From contig JAADVB010000016.1 of NCBI GenBank assembly GCA_023334545.1, forward strand, positions 70,535 through 134,534: DNA of 64,000 bases, given 5' to 3'. A model generated the notes under the pieces. It searched no databases, was not told the origin of the DNA, and saw nothing but the letters and a program-made list of their open reading frames with translations. Of this stretch, positions 36,914-49,151 are shown in pieces. The first letter of the stretch is position 1. Every line of letters begins with the position of its first letter. Both the position numbers and the translations under genes were made by a program. This DNA comes from Salisapilia sapeloensis CBS 127946. Its lineage: Eukaryota; Protista; Oomycota.

Positions 36914-37889
36914 TGCTATGGTATAGGTTTGAGCCTTGGCGTGAAAATCTTAAAATGATCCTCTCGTTTAAGATTTAACACGTACAATCTAGCTTTGCCC
37001 ACTAGCTCAAATATATGGAGTCAGCCAAATACAGAACTTTGGGCTAGCAGGTACACATAACTACAGAATCATAGGAAGTGATACCTAAGAAAGAGAGTCT
37101 AAATTATACGTACGCCTGGCTTTATCTTATCCTTCTAAACTAGTTTCTGTAGCAAACCAATTTGATAGATACCTCGAAGTCGGATGTGGCATTCTCATTC
37201 CCATCCAAGAAAAAACGGTACGAGCAATATTCTTATTCGACAAATAGGCCGGTCTTCGATTATCGCATACTTTTTGGAGGTATGCAAATGTTTTGCGGAT
37301 TCATCTCTATCCCGATAACTATCCAATACAGGAATAGACGATTGATGACTGCTCCTTGTGAAATACTCGTTTTCTATTTAAAAGTTAGCTCATTCACGTC
37401 TGGCATCATATGATATCAAGATATGGAAGGTCGAAAATCTGGTGTCATCGAGCACATCAATCTTCAAATTGCTGCCAGTCATCATTCGATGCACTTTCCA
37501 ACGTGACGAGCGGAAACTTGCGTCATATGTAAAAGCCGTACAAATCTTTCCTTCTACCAGCTAAACTAGGTTACCACAAAGCACATAAGCAGAAGTACAT
37601 TTACTTTGTACACAATAGATAAAGGTTATAATTTTCCACACCTTAGATGCCAGCGATGGATGCTTGGGCTCATCCTACAGACTGTCAAATTCAAACCTTG
37701 ATTTTGATATGTGTCTGACACATGTGGTGCAAGCATATATGCACGGGCCGTTGTGCTTCAATACTTCTATCTACCGTATTAACAGTTTCGACACCACAAA
37801 TGATACAGTCAGAACAGACCCAGGTATTCACAGGACTTGGTGAGAAGGTAAAATCCAGTATAAGTCAGAAGTGGTCGTCTACTCCCCTG

Positions 37890-38106
37890 CTTTTATTAGG
37901 GGGTTCAAAGTAGTAGAATTTTGTCTTTTATTTCTTGCAGTCTGATGCAGATGCTTTGATCGTCAGATTTTGATGTTTTTGGAGTCTGATATGTAAACAT
38001 CGAATGCTAATTATTTAAGAGCGATATTTATGCAGGTTGATGATCTCGAACACAGATGACTGATAAATTTTGTCCGATTCCAGTACTTAAAACCCCCTAT
38101 TAAAGG
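37890..38106. mobile_element. Candidate degenerate MITE (about 217 bp)
   Basis: Imperfect 30-bp inverted repeats at 37890-37919 and 38077-38106; core TAGGGGGTT...AACCCCCTA flanked by TA; non-coding interior. Confidence 0.35.
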
Positions 38107-38865
38107 TGATAAAGTAGACAATCCATTTAAATACAAATTTCAAGTATATTGTCATTCATTTCGTTTGTCTGGGCTATCTATCCTTTCTTTGTCATCTTAA
38201 GCATTCTCACTTTCACTTTATTTTTGTGTACCTTAAGTTGAATGTTTACTTGTACTCGCCGTAGCTCCTCCGGCGTTCATCGTTCTTTATTAATGCATGA
38301 CAAGAAGGCCAGCGAAAATTAGCTATGTTTTGTTTATAATATGGGTCACGATTAAAAATTATATGGACGCAATAAGCTAATGTTTACTTTATGGTGTCCG
38401 GATCTATCACAATACATCGACTCTATTCAGGGCTTTCAAGGTAACCTGCGTTTTAGCCCGAAGGTTTATCGGAGAAGTATTGCGATTCATATATCTAATT
38501 CTTGGAATGGAAAAGATAGATTTAATAAAATTCATTGTAAGGTAAGAAGAAGATAGGTGGTCAGCAAAAAATCGTGGATTGAGCTCATGGGTAGAAGAGA
38601 ATAGATAAAGATATTAAGTCTAGCCATGTATGGATCGATCACCCAACTACCCGCACTATCATCATAACCCTTAGAGAAAATTGCAATGAGATTAAAGATA
38701 CAGAATGCTAGTACCCTCAGAAAGCACCACAAATGAATGCGCCATGATGAAGGTACTTTAAGAAAGCCTACTGCTCATGAACGCAGACTCCTCTCATCTC
38801 ATTATTATCAAGATGATAGCATCATTTCTCTCTCTGTCTCTCTCTTCCTTCGGTCAAGCAAATAT

Positions 38866-40378
38866 CTAATCATCCTGCCGAAGTCGCATCTCAGTCATCT
38901 TTAGCCACACTAGTTTCCGATTACTCTCCGTATCCTTCAGATTAAGATCCGAGATACTCCTCCTCCATACATTTCCAATCGTGGTATCCAACTCATTCTC
39001 TTTTCCAATGGCTCTTGGCAAAAAGTCGCCACCTGATGCGCTTCCCCTGGACTCAAAGATCTCAGCAGCAGCAGTGGACGATGATAGCTCGGCAAGTGCG
39101 TTTAGTGAACTATCCGTCGATGGACTTTGGTGATCTGAGTCAAACTCGTACACTTCACCAAGGTAACATTCTTTCTCAGGCCACACACTCGAGTCTTCCT
39201 CTAAACGGAGACTCTGGATGGATCAACAAGAGTGGATGCACTGCCGTCGTTTTCATACCTTCCAGCTAGAAATTCTTGTCGAGCCACTTTATATGAATTT
39301 AATTTGCCAGCGAATTTATCACAATTAATGCAGAGCCGAACCTTTTTAGTCTCAAGCTTTAACTTGGGAAACACTTTAAGTAGCTCAAGAGGAACTGTAC
39401 AATTCCCACAGACTACCGAATCACATAAATTGCAGGAGTAGGTTTTCTGGACGGGACCAAAGCGTTTTTTGCACAACTGACACTTGGGCGTGCTTTCATC
39501 TTCGCTGTCCGAAACAGAGCTCATGTAACCACCACATCCCGCATTTTTCATCTGAAGAAGCCAAGATAGTTTTCTCATTTTCGCACAGCGCGCTGATGTC
39601 CAAGTGTCTATAAGTACATTCGACAAGGTGACGATGCCAATGGAGTCGAGAATATCATTGCCAATTAATTCGTAATATCCTTTGATGAACACTTCAACCG
39701 ACTGGTTTGTTACGGGCTTAAAGAGAGTACACGATGAAAGACGATATCGTATAATGCCTTGTCCATAGAGTGGGGAAGTGTAGGGCAAGTCGACTGAATG
39801 CATAAGCGCATAACTAATCCGCTCGTGTTAACTAATTTAGAGGATTCCAGTAGCGCGAATGCAAACACCATCTTTGTCTTTTGAGACGCCTCGAAGTGCT
39901 GAGCTTGGACTACCGGTCTGCCATAGGAGACAAGTGGAGCGATATGGATACTCCAGAGTTGGCTTTTCGACCGTCACAAGAATTTGGCAATTCCTCATTG
40001 GTGATCCCGCGTAGCTCATACCTTGCACAAAGCCTTCTTCGTCGCCGTAGACGACACCATATAGGATGTCATCTACATTTTGTGGGATCATTCTATTACC
40101 AACGACAGCACGAGGCATTGCCAGCCAGCACTTTCAGTAGATTTATCTTTCACTACGTGCCTTAACGGGTTCCGCTCTCGGTACATGGTCACATTGTCTG
40201 ATGCCTTTATAGGTTTCCATGGTTTGCTGTCTATTCTCCGAGGTACCGACTTGTCGAACTTTTGGTAATGTCGGAGTGCTTCGTGGACGAGTATCATTGC
40301 AATACGCTTGCAATCAGTCTTCTTTGCTTCCGAGAGCGAAAAGCCTTCGTATTCATCTGCTGTCCACTGGGCCGTCAT
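38866..40378 (-). pseudogene. START-like + FYVE domain protein pseudogene (oomycete expanded family)
   Basis: WKPIKASDNVTMYRE, VDDILYG, ERISYALMHSVDLP, FYVE CQLCKKRF...CNLC...VCGNC...CINC. Two frameshifts and two in-frame TAA just upstream of ERISYAL. Confidence 0.8.
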
Positions 40379-41620
40379 AAATTTATGTTACTGTCTGCGT
40401 ATAAATTTGAAAATGGCGCGAAGACAAAATGCCAATCCTATAAGTGGAGACGATTTGGCGGGAATGCATCGCTGGCGTGCTTCCTCGATATCCCTTCTGT
40501 CCGGTTTGGAATACCTTGTGGCAGGCATTGTAGCATACCTCGGACAAAAGTGCGAAAATGGATATGAACATCACAAGTTTGTGACTATTTTGCTATGATC
40601 TTATCCTGCACTTGTTATCGCATGATCGAAGAGAATGACATCGATAACTGCAGAATGCCCGAGTACATGTTGCTGAAAAAAGTATATCCAGGAAAATAAG
40701 TAAAAGTTGCGAGAGCTGTCCATTTCATTGTTTCTCCTTTAATCGCGAATGTCTTTGTAACCTCCGAGGGAGCAAGATCGAGTACCACCCTCCTCGAGCT
40801 CCTGATAATTGAATCAGTAACATTACCATACTGTTTGAAGTGCCGTCTTTAAGAGACCTAGCTCCCTCTGAACGACACGCTCATCAAAATGGCTGGGATA
40901 GAACGATAAAGATACACATGCAAAGCTCAAGGGAAGTCCAGGTTTTCTCAGCGATACCCACCATGAGAACTAATTGTGTTTTCAGACCGATGAACTCTTT
41001 ATCTCCATCTGACGGCGAAGGTAAATCATGCTGCGATAAGGAAAAACCAGGTTCTTGGACTTGGCTATGCCAATGCCAAGTTGGACGCGTTAGTGTCTAT
41101 TTTGCTTGACATTTAGTGTCTTGAGTTTTGAATGAAGCGAATTTGTCTAACTAGCAAATTGTGAATGTTTTCGAGAGCTCTTGACTTGAACTGAATCTTG
41201 AAAGGATCGAGTAATTGGAACCTAGCGCGTACACCTCACTCCCCCTTCATCATTTAAACCACTATCGGCATGGAATACTGGAACCACGGCGTGTGAAAAG
41301 CTCCCACCACGCACCAATTAGTCATTGATGAAACCCCCATCTTCATATATTTATTCACGTTTCCACCATAATTCTCTTTATTCGTCATATATCGAATGTA
41401 TCCTTCGATAACTCCAGCATCTATTCGTGCTTTGACAATCTCCAACCCATCCAGCAAGCTGCTAGTGCCAGAAAGATCGCCTCTGGAGATACGCCTCGTC
41501 TTTTCTGATAACTGCATATGGTAGGACTTGAAGACGCATTCTCTTCATTTTCGATTTCTCTCCGTAAGAACTAAGTCAGTAGATCTATAAGTCGATTTGC
41601 TTTCAGCCAAACTCATTATA

Positions 41621-43114
41621 ATGGAAGATCTGCCAAAGCTATCAAAACTCTACATCAATGGTGAATGGGTCTCGCCATTAGATGGTGGATCTATGGAAGT
41701 AGTCAATCCAGCCACGGAAGAAGTCATCCAGTCGGTTGGGAGGGGAACGAAACGTGATATCGACGTCGCTGTCCAAGCAGCTAGAGAAGCGTTTACTACG
41801 TGGGGCATCACCACAGGACATGAGCGAGCAAAATTTCTCCGCGCAATGGCTGATGCAGTCGAAAAACGTATGGATCCTCTAGCCTTCATGGATACCATCG
41901 ACTGTGGAAAGCCCCTTCCAGAGTCGAAATGGGATATTGAAGACGTTGTTGCTTGCTTTCGGTACTATGCCGATCTAGCTGAACATCTTGACGGCCGTCA
42001 AAACGAAGAAGTCGACATACCTGATAATGAATTCACCGGGCAGCTCCGCTATGAGCCAGTCGGAGTTGTCGCTGCCATCGTCCCTTGGAATTTCCCCATG
42101 CTCATGAGCTTGTGGAAAGTAGCACCAGCACTGGCTGCCGGGTGTACGATGGTTCTTAAGCCTTCAGAGCTAACTCCACTATCTGCTCTCCAGCTTGGAC
42201 ACATCGCGACGGAAGTCGGACTGCCTCAAGGTGTCTTAAATGTTATCACAGGTGATGGCCCAGAAGCTGGTGCTCCATTGTCAGAGCATCCGGATGTGGA
42301 TAAAGTCGCTTTCACAGGTAGTGTGCCTACTGGAAGCAAGGTTATGTCTGCAGCAGCTCAAGGTATCAAGACCATCTCGTTGGAGTTAGGAGGCAAATCT
42401 GCTTCTATTGTGTTTGACGATAAGAACATCGAGAGAACAGTCGAATGGGTCATGTTCGGATGCTTTGGCGTGAACGGTCAGATCTGTAGTGCCACTTCTC
42501 GTCTACTTATCCATGAGGACATTGCAGACAAATTCCTGGAAAGACTGGCCGCTGAAGTAACAAAAATGAAGGTTGGTAATCCGACGGAAGCTGACGTAAA
42601 GGTTGGTCCTCTTGTCAGTCGACCGCAGCAGCAAAAGGTTCTTGCGTACATTGATTCTGCAGTGAAGGAAGGAGCAAAAATCTTTGTACAAGCATCTCCT
42701 GATGCAATTGACAATCATGGAAAAGGGTATTACGTGCATCCGACTGTGTTGACCAGCGTCTCGGAAGACATGAAAGTCTGGAAGGAAGAGATTTTCGGGC
42801 CAGTGCTATCCGTCATGACTTTCAAGAACGAAGAGCAGGCAGTGAAAATGGCCAATGCATCTGACTATGGTCTTGCAGCGGCTATTTTCTCATCTGACAG
42901 TGAGCAACTACGCCGTGTCACGAAGGCATTGCGTGTTGGCATCGTCTGGCACAACTGCTCCCAACCGACATTCGTGCAGTTGCCATGGGGTGGCATGAAA
43001 AAGAGCGGAGTCGGCAGAGAGCTCGGAACGTTCGGTCTTGACGCATACCTTGAGCCAAAACAAGTCTGCAGCTACGTTGCAGACAAGCCTCTTGGATGGT
43101 ATCTGTCCAACTAA
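41621..43114 (+). CDS. ALDH10-family aminoaldehyde/betaine aldehyde dehydrogenase
   Basis: LYINGEW, PWNFP, FTGS, LELGGKS, NGQICSATSRL, EEIFGP, WGGMKKSGVGRELG, plant-BADH-like C-terminal GWY. Confidence 0.92.
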   Translation: MEDLPKLSKLYINGEWVSPLDGGSMEVVNPATEEVIQSVGRGTKRDIDVAVQAAREAFTTWGITTGHERAKFLRAMADAVEKRMDPLAFMDTIDCGKPLPESKWDIEDVVACFRYYADLAEHLDGRQNEEVDIPDNEFTGQLRYEPVGVVAAIVPWNFPMLMSLWKVAPALAAGCTMVLKPSELTPLSALQLGHIATEVGLPQGVLNVITGDGPEAGAPLSEHPDVDKVAFTGSVPTGSKVMSAAAQGIKTISLELGGKSASIVFDDKNIERTVEWVMFGCFGVNGQICSATSRLLIHEDIADKFLERLAAEVTKMKVGNPTEADVKVGPLVSRPQQQKVLAYIDSAVKEGAKIFVQASPDAIDNHGKGYYVHPTVLTSVSEDMKVWKEEIFGPVLSVMTFKNEEQAVKMANASDYGLAAAIFSSDSEQLRRVTKALRVGIVWHNCSQPTFVQLPWGGMKKSGVGRELGTFGLDAYLEPKQVCSYVADKPLGWYLSN

Positions 43115-43422
43115 GTGGAAATGTACACATCGAACAAGTTCACAACAATACTTTTACCGACAACTTGTGTCTAGTTTCGTTCCTGTATTAGGCATCATAA
43201 ACACACAGAATCCCTTATACTCTCTACGCAGAGCAAAGTAGTTTCCTACGTATCGTCAATGCTGGTAGACTTCACGCTCCTGTTGTCGTCATACTCAAAT
43301 CTGACAGAAACTTCAATATGTCTGTTACAAGATAGTAGTCGCAAATAACATATAGCGAACGGTACTCGCCATGCCTTCCGAACCACAAAAAGAGCCCCTC
43401 CCAAAGGAAAAAAGGAATAAAG

Positions 43423-43719
43423 ATGAGCGCTAAGGGATCCTCGTTGTGGCGTGTTGCCGGCATGTCGTACCTTCAGTACGTGAACAAGAGCGCCGGCCAC
43501 TTGCGTGCGGCCGTGAAGGAGCCGAAGAAGGCCAAGATTGCTACCCGTGACTCGGTGAACTTTGCTGGATTCAAGTGGGCCAATGCTGAACGTGGCGTTC
43601 GCGGTATGTCGTGCATGCGTTCTTTTGATAAGTATATATCTGTACTAAGTGTGATATGTATTCTAGCCGACGTGAACTCGTTGGAAAAGGCAGCGGAAGT
43701 CTTTAAGACGTCGGCGTAA
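43423..43719 (+). CDS. ATP15: Mitochondrial F1 ATP synthase epsilon subunit
   Basis: WRVAGMSYLQYVNKSAGHLRAAVKE; 63-nt GT-AG intron 43604-43666. Confidence 0.9.
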   Translation: MSAKGSSLWRVAGMSYLQYVNKSAGHLRAAVKEPKKAKIATRDSVNFAGFKWANAERGVRGMSCMRSFDKYISVLSVICILADVNSLEKAAEVFKTSA

Positions 43720-43810
43720 ACTCTTCGAATGGAGCTTAAACAGGAATGAAAGACACTTTCGAGCGAAATACGCTTACTGCATTCTCCACTTTAACTACTC
43801 CAACTACGTT

Positions 43811-44950
43811 CTAGTATTCAACCCATTGATACCGATGGCGGCGTAAGAGTGAACGTTCCTGCTCTTGCCTTCGTTTTACAATAGCACCCTTGGTCACGTG
43901 ATATAGCATCACGGGAGGCACGACGACGACGGCGAGACCGGCGCCAGCAACCACCACGACGGATCCGACTGCTACCAGCGCTGTTTTGCTCACTACCCGC
44001 AACGGCGTCCAGCAGCCGAGTCGAGGGTCTTTCGACCGGAGAAACGACAATGGCGCACAAAGAGCTTCATCATGGTTTTGCCAGCTACGAAGGCAGGACC
44101 AACAGAAAGAGTAGTCGCAGTGGAAGCACGTCATGTGTGTACACCCTCCGTTCTTCTCAATGTCAGCTCGACATCGAGGACAGCTTCGGACGTTATGTGC
44201 TTTTTTCCAATGATGATACCGTTTCTCCGTTCGTCTACAAGTCGGTAGCGCGTGAAAGTCTCGACCGCATCGCATGCAAGATTCGTGTTCGCATGCGCTG
44301 CAGTGGCCTCGACGAGTGGATGTGAATAGAGCTTCGTCGAGTATCGCGCCACATCCAGCTCGTGGGCAAAAGCGAATACCTGCTTTCTGATTCTTTAAAA
44401 AGGTTTTGTACTTGGCAAACAATTCGGGGGCAATAGATGCTTGCACTAGTCTTTCGGTTAATGGTTGCGTGCAATGAGGTGTCGGACAAACGAGTTTCTT
44501 GTCCGAGACCTCTCCTTCCATGACTTTGAACTCTATATACCATCGCATGCAGACGTTGCACACGACACCGCTGCAGGTGAGGCATGTCTGTGTCTGGTGT
44601 GCATCAACTTCCTCTAAACATATCTGGCACAATCGCAGCGGATGCGAGTCAACCGAGCAGTCCTCTGCTTGATGGGACGGTGTGGTGACATCCGAGTGCT
44701 CAGATGCAGATGAGAAGGGCGACTTATGCGTCTGCCACCACTGACGAAGGAGCAGATCCTGGTACGCATCAATACTCGTTTGTGGCCGCACAAGATCGCT
44801 ATTGGAAGAGCGCATATTGGACGTCGACGAAGAGCGGTGGATCCGCTTGTCGCACGATGCGTACACCTCGGAGAGTGTGGTCGGGAGCAAAGTGACGGGT
44901 GGATGCTTCGGACTCGTCGCGGTGGAGAAAGAGGAGTTCATCCTCGTCAT
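43811..44950 (-). CDS. RBR (RING1-IBR-RING2) E3 ubiquitin ligase with C-terminal TM helix (RNF144/217-like)
   Basis: CQIC...CLTC...CNVC...CPTPHC, IBR FCPRAGC, RING2 CPRC...NGGCTHMTC, hydrophobic C-terminal segment. Confidence 0.9.
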   Translation of the reverse strand: MTRMNSSFSTATSPKHPPVTLLPTTLSEVYASCDKRIHRSSSTSNMRSSNSDLVRPQTSIDAYQDLLLRQWWQTHKSPFSSASEHSDVTTPSHQAEDCSVDSHPLRLCQICLEEVDAHQTQTCLTCSGVVCNVCMRWYIEFKVMEGEVSDKKLVCPTPHCTQPLTERLVQASIAPELFAKYKTFLKNQKAGIRFCPRAGCGAILDEALFTSTRRGHCSACEHESCMRCGRDFHALPTCRRTEKRYHHWKKAHNVRSCPRCRADIEKNGGCTHMTCFHCDYSFCWSCLRSWQNHDEALCAPLSFLRSKDPRLGCWTPLRVVSKTALVAVGSVVVVAGAGLAVVVVPPVMLYHVTKGAIVKRRQEQERSLLRRHRYQWVEY

Positions 44951-45227
44951 GCTTTCTCCCGCGGTTTTCAAACAAGCGTCCGACGACGGACGTTACCGTA
45001 TCGAGTGGATGGATGCCTCTTGGTTACAAAATTCGGGAGTGATCAATTCGGCTCTGCCGCTTGATCTCTTCCTTTTTCTACGTGCAATTTCTTTCTATCT
45101 CGACGCACCCACGAAGATGGGAGGGAACCGACCGCTCAGGATTGTAGCAACGGAAAATGCACGTAACGACCTGGCAACTTCAAACACGAGTTCCTGGCTT
45201 TCCGCCAACAGACGCAAGTACATTTAT

Positions 45228-47275
45228 TTACATGACTGTTCCTGTCGTCTTGAGTGTCGGGCTCGGTCGAGTGAGCTCTGGTAGAACTGTCGAGTCGACG
45301 TCCTGGTGAAGTCGTGCTAACTTTACAGGTGGGTTTCGAGCACATGAATCCGAAGGGTGTATTTGACTAGAATTCATCGGAGATTGCGGGTGCGATAGTA
45401 GTTTGATACTATCTTTGGCCTGTGATAACTTTAATGAATACTTTATTCTGGAAGGATGAAAAATATGTTGATGACGTACCGGAGATGATTTTCTACTAAG
45501 TTTTGTGGAAGGATTCGACGGCTTGATCGGACTACGGATACATTCGCGTGTCAACAAGGGATTGGAATCAGCTACTAGACTGGCCATTTGTACCTTGGCG
45601 GCTTGATTTTCGCACTTGCTTCGACTTTCAATGCCTTCGTTTCCTGGCGCTTCTGATCAACCTGTGCAAGGTACGACATGAACGATAACACATCAAATGT
45701 ATCTTCATCTACACATACCTTCTCCACCATTTCCTCGAACGTGCTGCAGCTGGATCCGAAGACTGTTGTACCAAATATTGAAGCAAGCACGAGCGAGGCG
45801 CCTCGTCTATGGTACACGGTTACTCCGTCCGCACGCGTTGGACTTCCCATTTCGTCCACGCTGGATCGCAGACTAAAACCCAACCCAATACCAAAGATAT
45901 TCTTTACTCCTTCTGCTTTCCCTCCTTTCATAATCTGTAGTCTACCTTGAAGGTCCAGTTGCACGACACCATGCTCTTGTATAAATCGTATGCGCTTTCC
46001 ACTAGAGTTCGTAGCTGGTATCATGTTACTCTTGTAGCCACAGCTCCAGATGATAGCGTCTGCCGACTCGTAGGCTCTTAGCATCAAGTTCGGACACCCT
46101 TGTGGGTTTATCTGAAAGAGACGAACACGCTGCTCTTTTCCACTACGGATCGCCTGATAAAGCCGCTTCGAGTCTGCTCGTAGACCAGTAAACGTGTTCA
46201 CGCATCCACTTCTATCCGTTCGACTACCGTCTGCTCCATCTGCCTCGGCATCTTTCCTTGTAAGGTAGAAGAGTCGAATTGGGGATCGATGTAGCAACGT
46301 GATATCGCGTGGTTTAAATGTGATTTCCTTTGACGTCTTTGTGCATGAATCGAGCGATGCCGTTTGCGTCTTGCTTGACTCCGTACCAGTCTTATCATCT
46401 GTATTGTTACTAGTAATCGGCGCAAGCTTCAAAGCTTTTCTTGGTGTTGCTACAGCATCTAATTTAGGCTTCTGGATACCCAAAAGGATATTCGCAATTG
46501 AGAATGAACTGTGGGATCCACCAACAATGCATACACGACTCCCATTGCGTTTGCGTAGATGCTCCTGCAATTGCTGCATACCTTCATCTCGGAGACACCA
46601 ATCTGACATGAACAGTTTGGCACTGTGCAAAGGGTTGTCTAACGTAGGCTTCTCCTGAACACCTCCGGTTGCCAGCACTAAATGCTCCGCTCGGTAGGAC
46701 ATTCTCCTTCCGGATCCATTCACTTTTTCCGTTTCAACTTGTATCGTCCCGTCATTCAAGACCTGGTATCCGATAGCTCGAGTATGCAATAGGCATTGAC
46801 TTGTTGGACTGTATTTCTGTATCTCCGAGAGCGTACACTGCCCAACATGCCTTAAGAAATCTCCAAAGTCTTTTAAACTGGCGGTCGCAGCTCCAATATC
46901 GTCCAACTTTTTCGCTGACTCGTGTTCTCTCACTTGCTCCAAGAAGGTATTCTTAATGCTTTCAGCCGGATCCAAGTCTGGTCTTTCATCTAGTACGCTG
47001 CTCGTAACGCTTTTCGCAAACGTGTTCGAGTTATTAATGTACTCGCCAAGGTTTCCACTCCCAAAACTCGATTCATCTCCGTTGTGAAGTACCAAAACAC
47101 CGTGCTGCTTTAAATCAAGTCTTCGAGATCGCGCAATATCTTCGGCTTTACCATTGTGTGTAGGATCCAGAAGTCGAGGTAAGTAGCCCAGCCTGGCTGC
47201 TCTAATAAGCACACCTGTACCAGCCGGCCCGCCTCCAACTATCACCAACTTATACAATGCGTCATTGCTTTCCAT
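45228..47275 (-). CDS. FAD/NAD(P)-binding oxidoreductase of unknown substrate
   Basis: VIVGGGPAG, LVLATGG, VCIVGGSHS, IWSCGY; three introns in the 3' low-complexity tail, ending at stop 45228. Confidence 0.75.
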
Positions 47276-47446
47276 TCTGACAAGAGCCCCACCGTGGCTC
47301 GAATAGATGAGTCACGAAAGCGATTGATGAGGTTTAGCACTGAAGCTCGCAAATGTGATGGGGAGATCATCCTGTGTGTCTGGATCAAGTAGATAAGAAT
47401 AGATTCTGTCCTGCTGGATAAGGCTTAAAGTCTTCTGTCAATCTTT

Positions 47447-49069
47447 TTATTTTTTCATTCTATTCGTCGTAGACGGATGTCGAGGTGGTCTCGACGGCGT
47501 CGTGTAACTAGATCGTAAAGCTGATGCGCCTGCGCCAAACGGTGTTGGCGTGTTAGATCGAATACTAGATAAGCGACTACGAATAGAGTCTGAACGCTCT
47601 CTTGCCGATGCAATTTTCCGCTGTGATGTCGATCGTTTCCTCGCTTTCTTCCCCCTCTTTACAAGAAACATTAGCCATGACTTTTATTCACGAATAGAAA
47701 GCATACTGATTGAGCTTCTAGTTGACTTGCAATTTTCTCTCGATGAGATGCTTCCTTTACTTGAAATGGGGAAGCTACGTCGAGAATTAGATGGAGTCCC
47801 AGTTGTGGAGATGCATCATTTATGAGAGATGTGCACCTTGGATATCGGAAGCATTCAAAATCATTGGTGTGCCTTCAATGTCTCCCCATGTCATCATCGG
47901 ACTCGAGTCCACACCCGGTTCGATATTCGGAGTCATTGCCACCAAGTTAAAATCGTGTGCTGACCTCGACGTTCGACCGCTTTCATCACTAGTCGACTAC
48001 ATGTACAAGGTCTGTTAGTCTGTCGGTTGCCAAGACAGTTGAAGAGAAGTGTGTCGTACTGAAGCTTCCAATGTTGGGAAACGGGAGTTTGCAAACACCG
48101 TTTCTTTCTTCTGTCGACGCATTTGGTTCGATTTCGCGTTACTAGATCCATTTTCAAGTCGAAGTCTGCTACTTGCATTCAGATCCACCTGAAAAGCTTT
48201 TAATCAGTTGCTGCTTTCATGACAACTACGAGTAAATATGTACTCTAGATATCTGTCTATTTGTTTCTAGATCTGGCGGATAGATAAGAGGGTTTCGAGC
48301 ATGATAGTTCCAACTATCTGGAGCTGTAGGTCGATCATCCTTCGGACCTTTGATTCACAACGAGGTGGTAAGCATATACTGTGTAGAGGTAGAAGGAAAG
48401 CTTTAAAAGGACCTTTTGGGGCAGTCACTTGGTCGATCGTTTTTACTTGATCTTTCGTTAGCCAAGTTCCATCCTGCAGCAAATGGCGCTTTGGATCACC
48501 GCGCCCTTCTTCGTCATCGTACGCCCAAAAGTACTTGCGTTTATGATCTGCAATCGCTTTCGCTTGTAGCTCTTCGTATGCAGCGTTGTCCTCGGACGTG
48601 TAAGAGTTCTATTCATGCGTATTAATAAACTAATTGGCAGACTTCTATACGCAGTAGAGTAGACCAAGAACTGGTTCAGTTTCATGTCATGCTGTCGCTC
48701 GCCCGCTTCTTTGCGAACTTCTTGCTCTTCATCGTCATAATCGATATTAATTGCACCCCGCTCTGGTGTTTCTTGGTCCCAATCTGCAGAACTGGACGTC
48801 ACACTAGGCCGACTCCAGGAGTCATGCGTATCCTTTGCCTGCAATGTCGTCGCGGTCCCTGTGTTTGTCCGAATACTCGTAGGAGGTCTACCAGAGCCCA
48901 TTGACTACTATCGCAATTGGGTTCATTTACATACTAAAAACACAGCATACACAATACGACCTACCGTTGCTGTCTCTTGCAACCTTGCAAGGTCTGGGAA
49001 AAAGTCTCGTTGGATAATGCGTGCTATTTCGCCCACATACTCCTCCTCTTCTAACACCTCCTTATTCAT
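47447..49069 (-). CDS. ESS2: Splicing factor ESS2/DGCR14 (Es2), multi-exon
   Basis: Exon 1 MNKEVLEEEEYVGEIARIIQRDFFPDLARLQ (ATG 49069); KLNQFL/NSYTSEDNAAYEEL; terminal LRSSYTTP. Confidence 0.85.
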
Positions 49070-49151
49070 TGTCGTGTTAAGCTGTTCTAGAGTGATAAAC
49101 TATGCCTTTTCTTATATTTGATTGGCTATTTATGCAATATCGAGCTGCTAG

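Noticed and set aside
40400-41520. Minus-strand coding-like remnant (ORF 41254-41517 and following frames)
   Set aside because: No recognisable family or consistent exon structure.
44802-45284. 160-aa plus-strand ORF
   Set aside because: Overlaps the RBR start and the oxidoreductase end in antisense; no ATG at its listed start and no motif.
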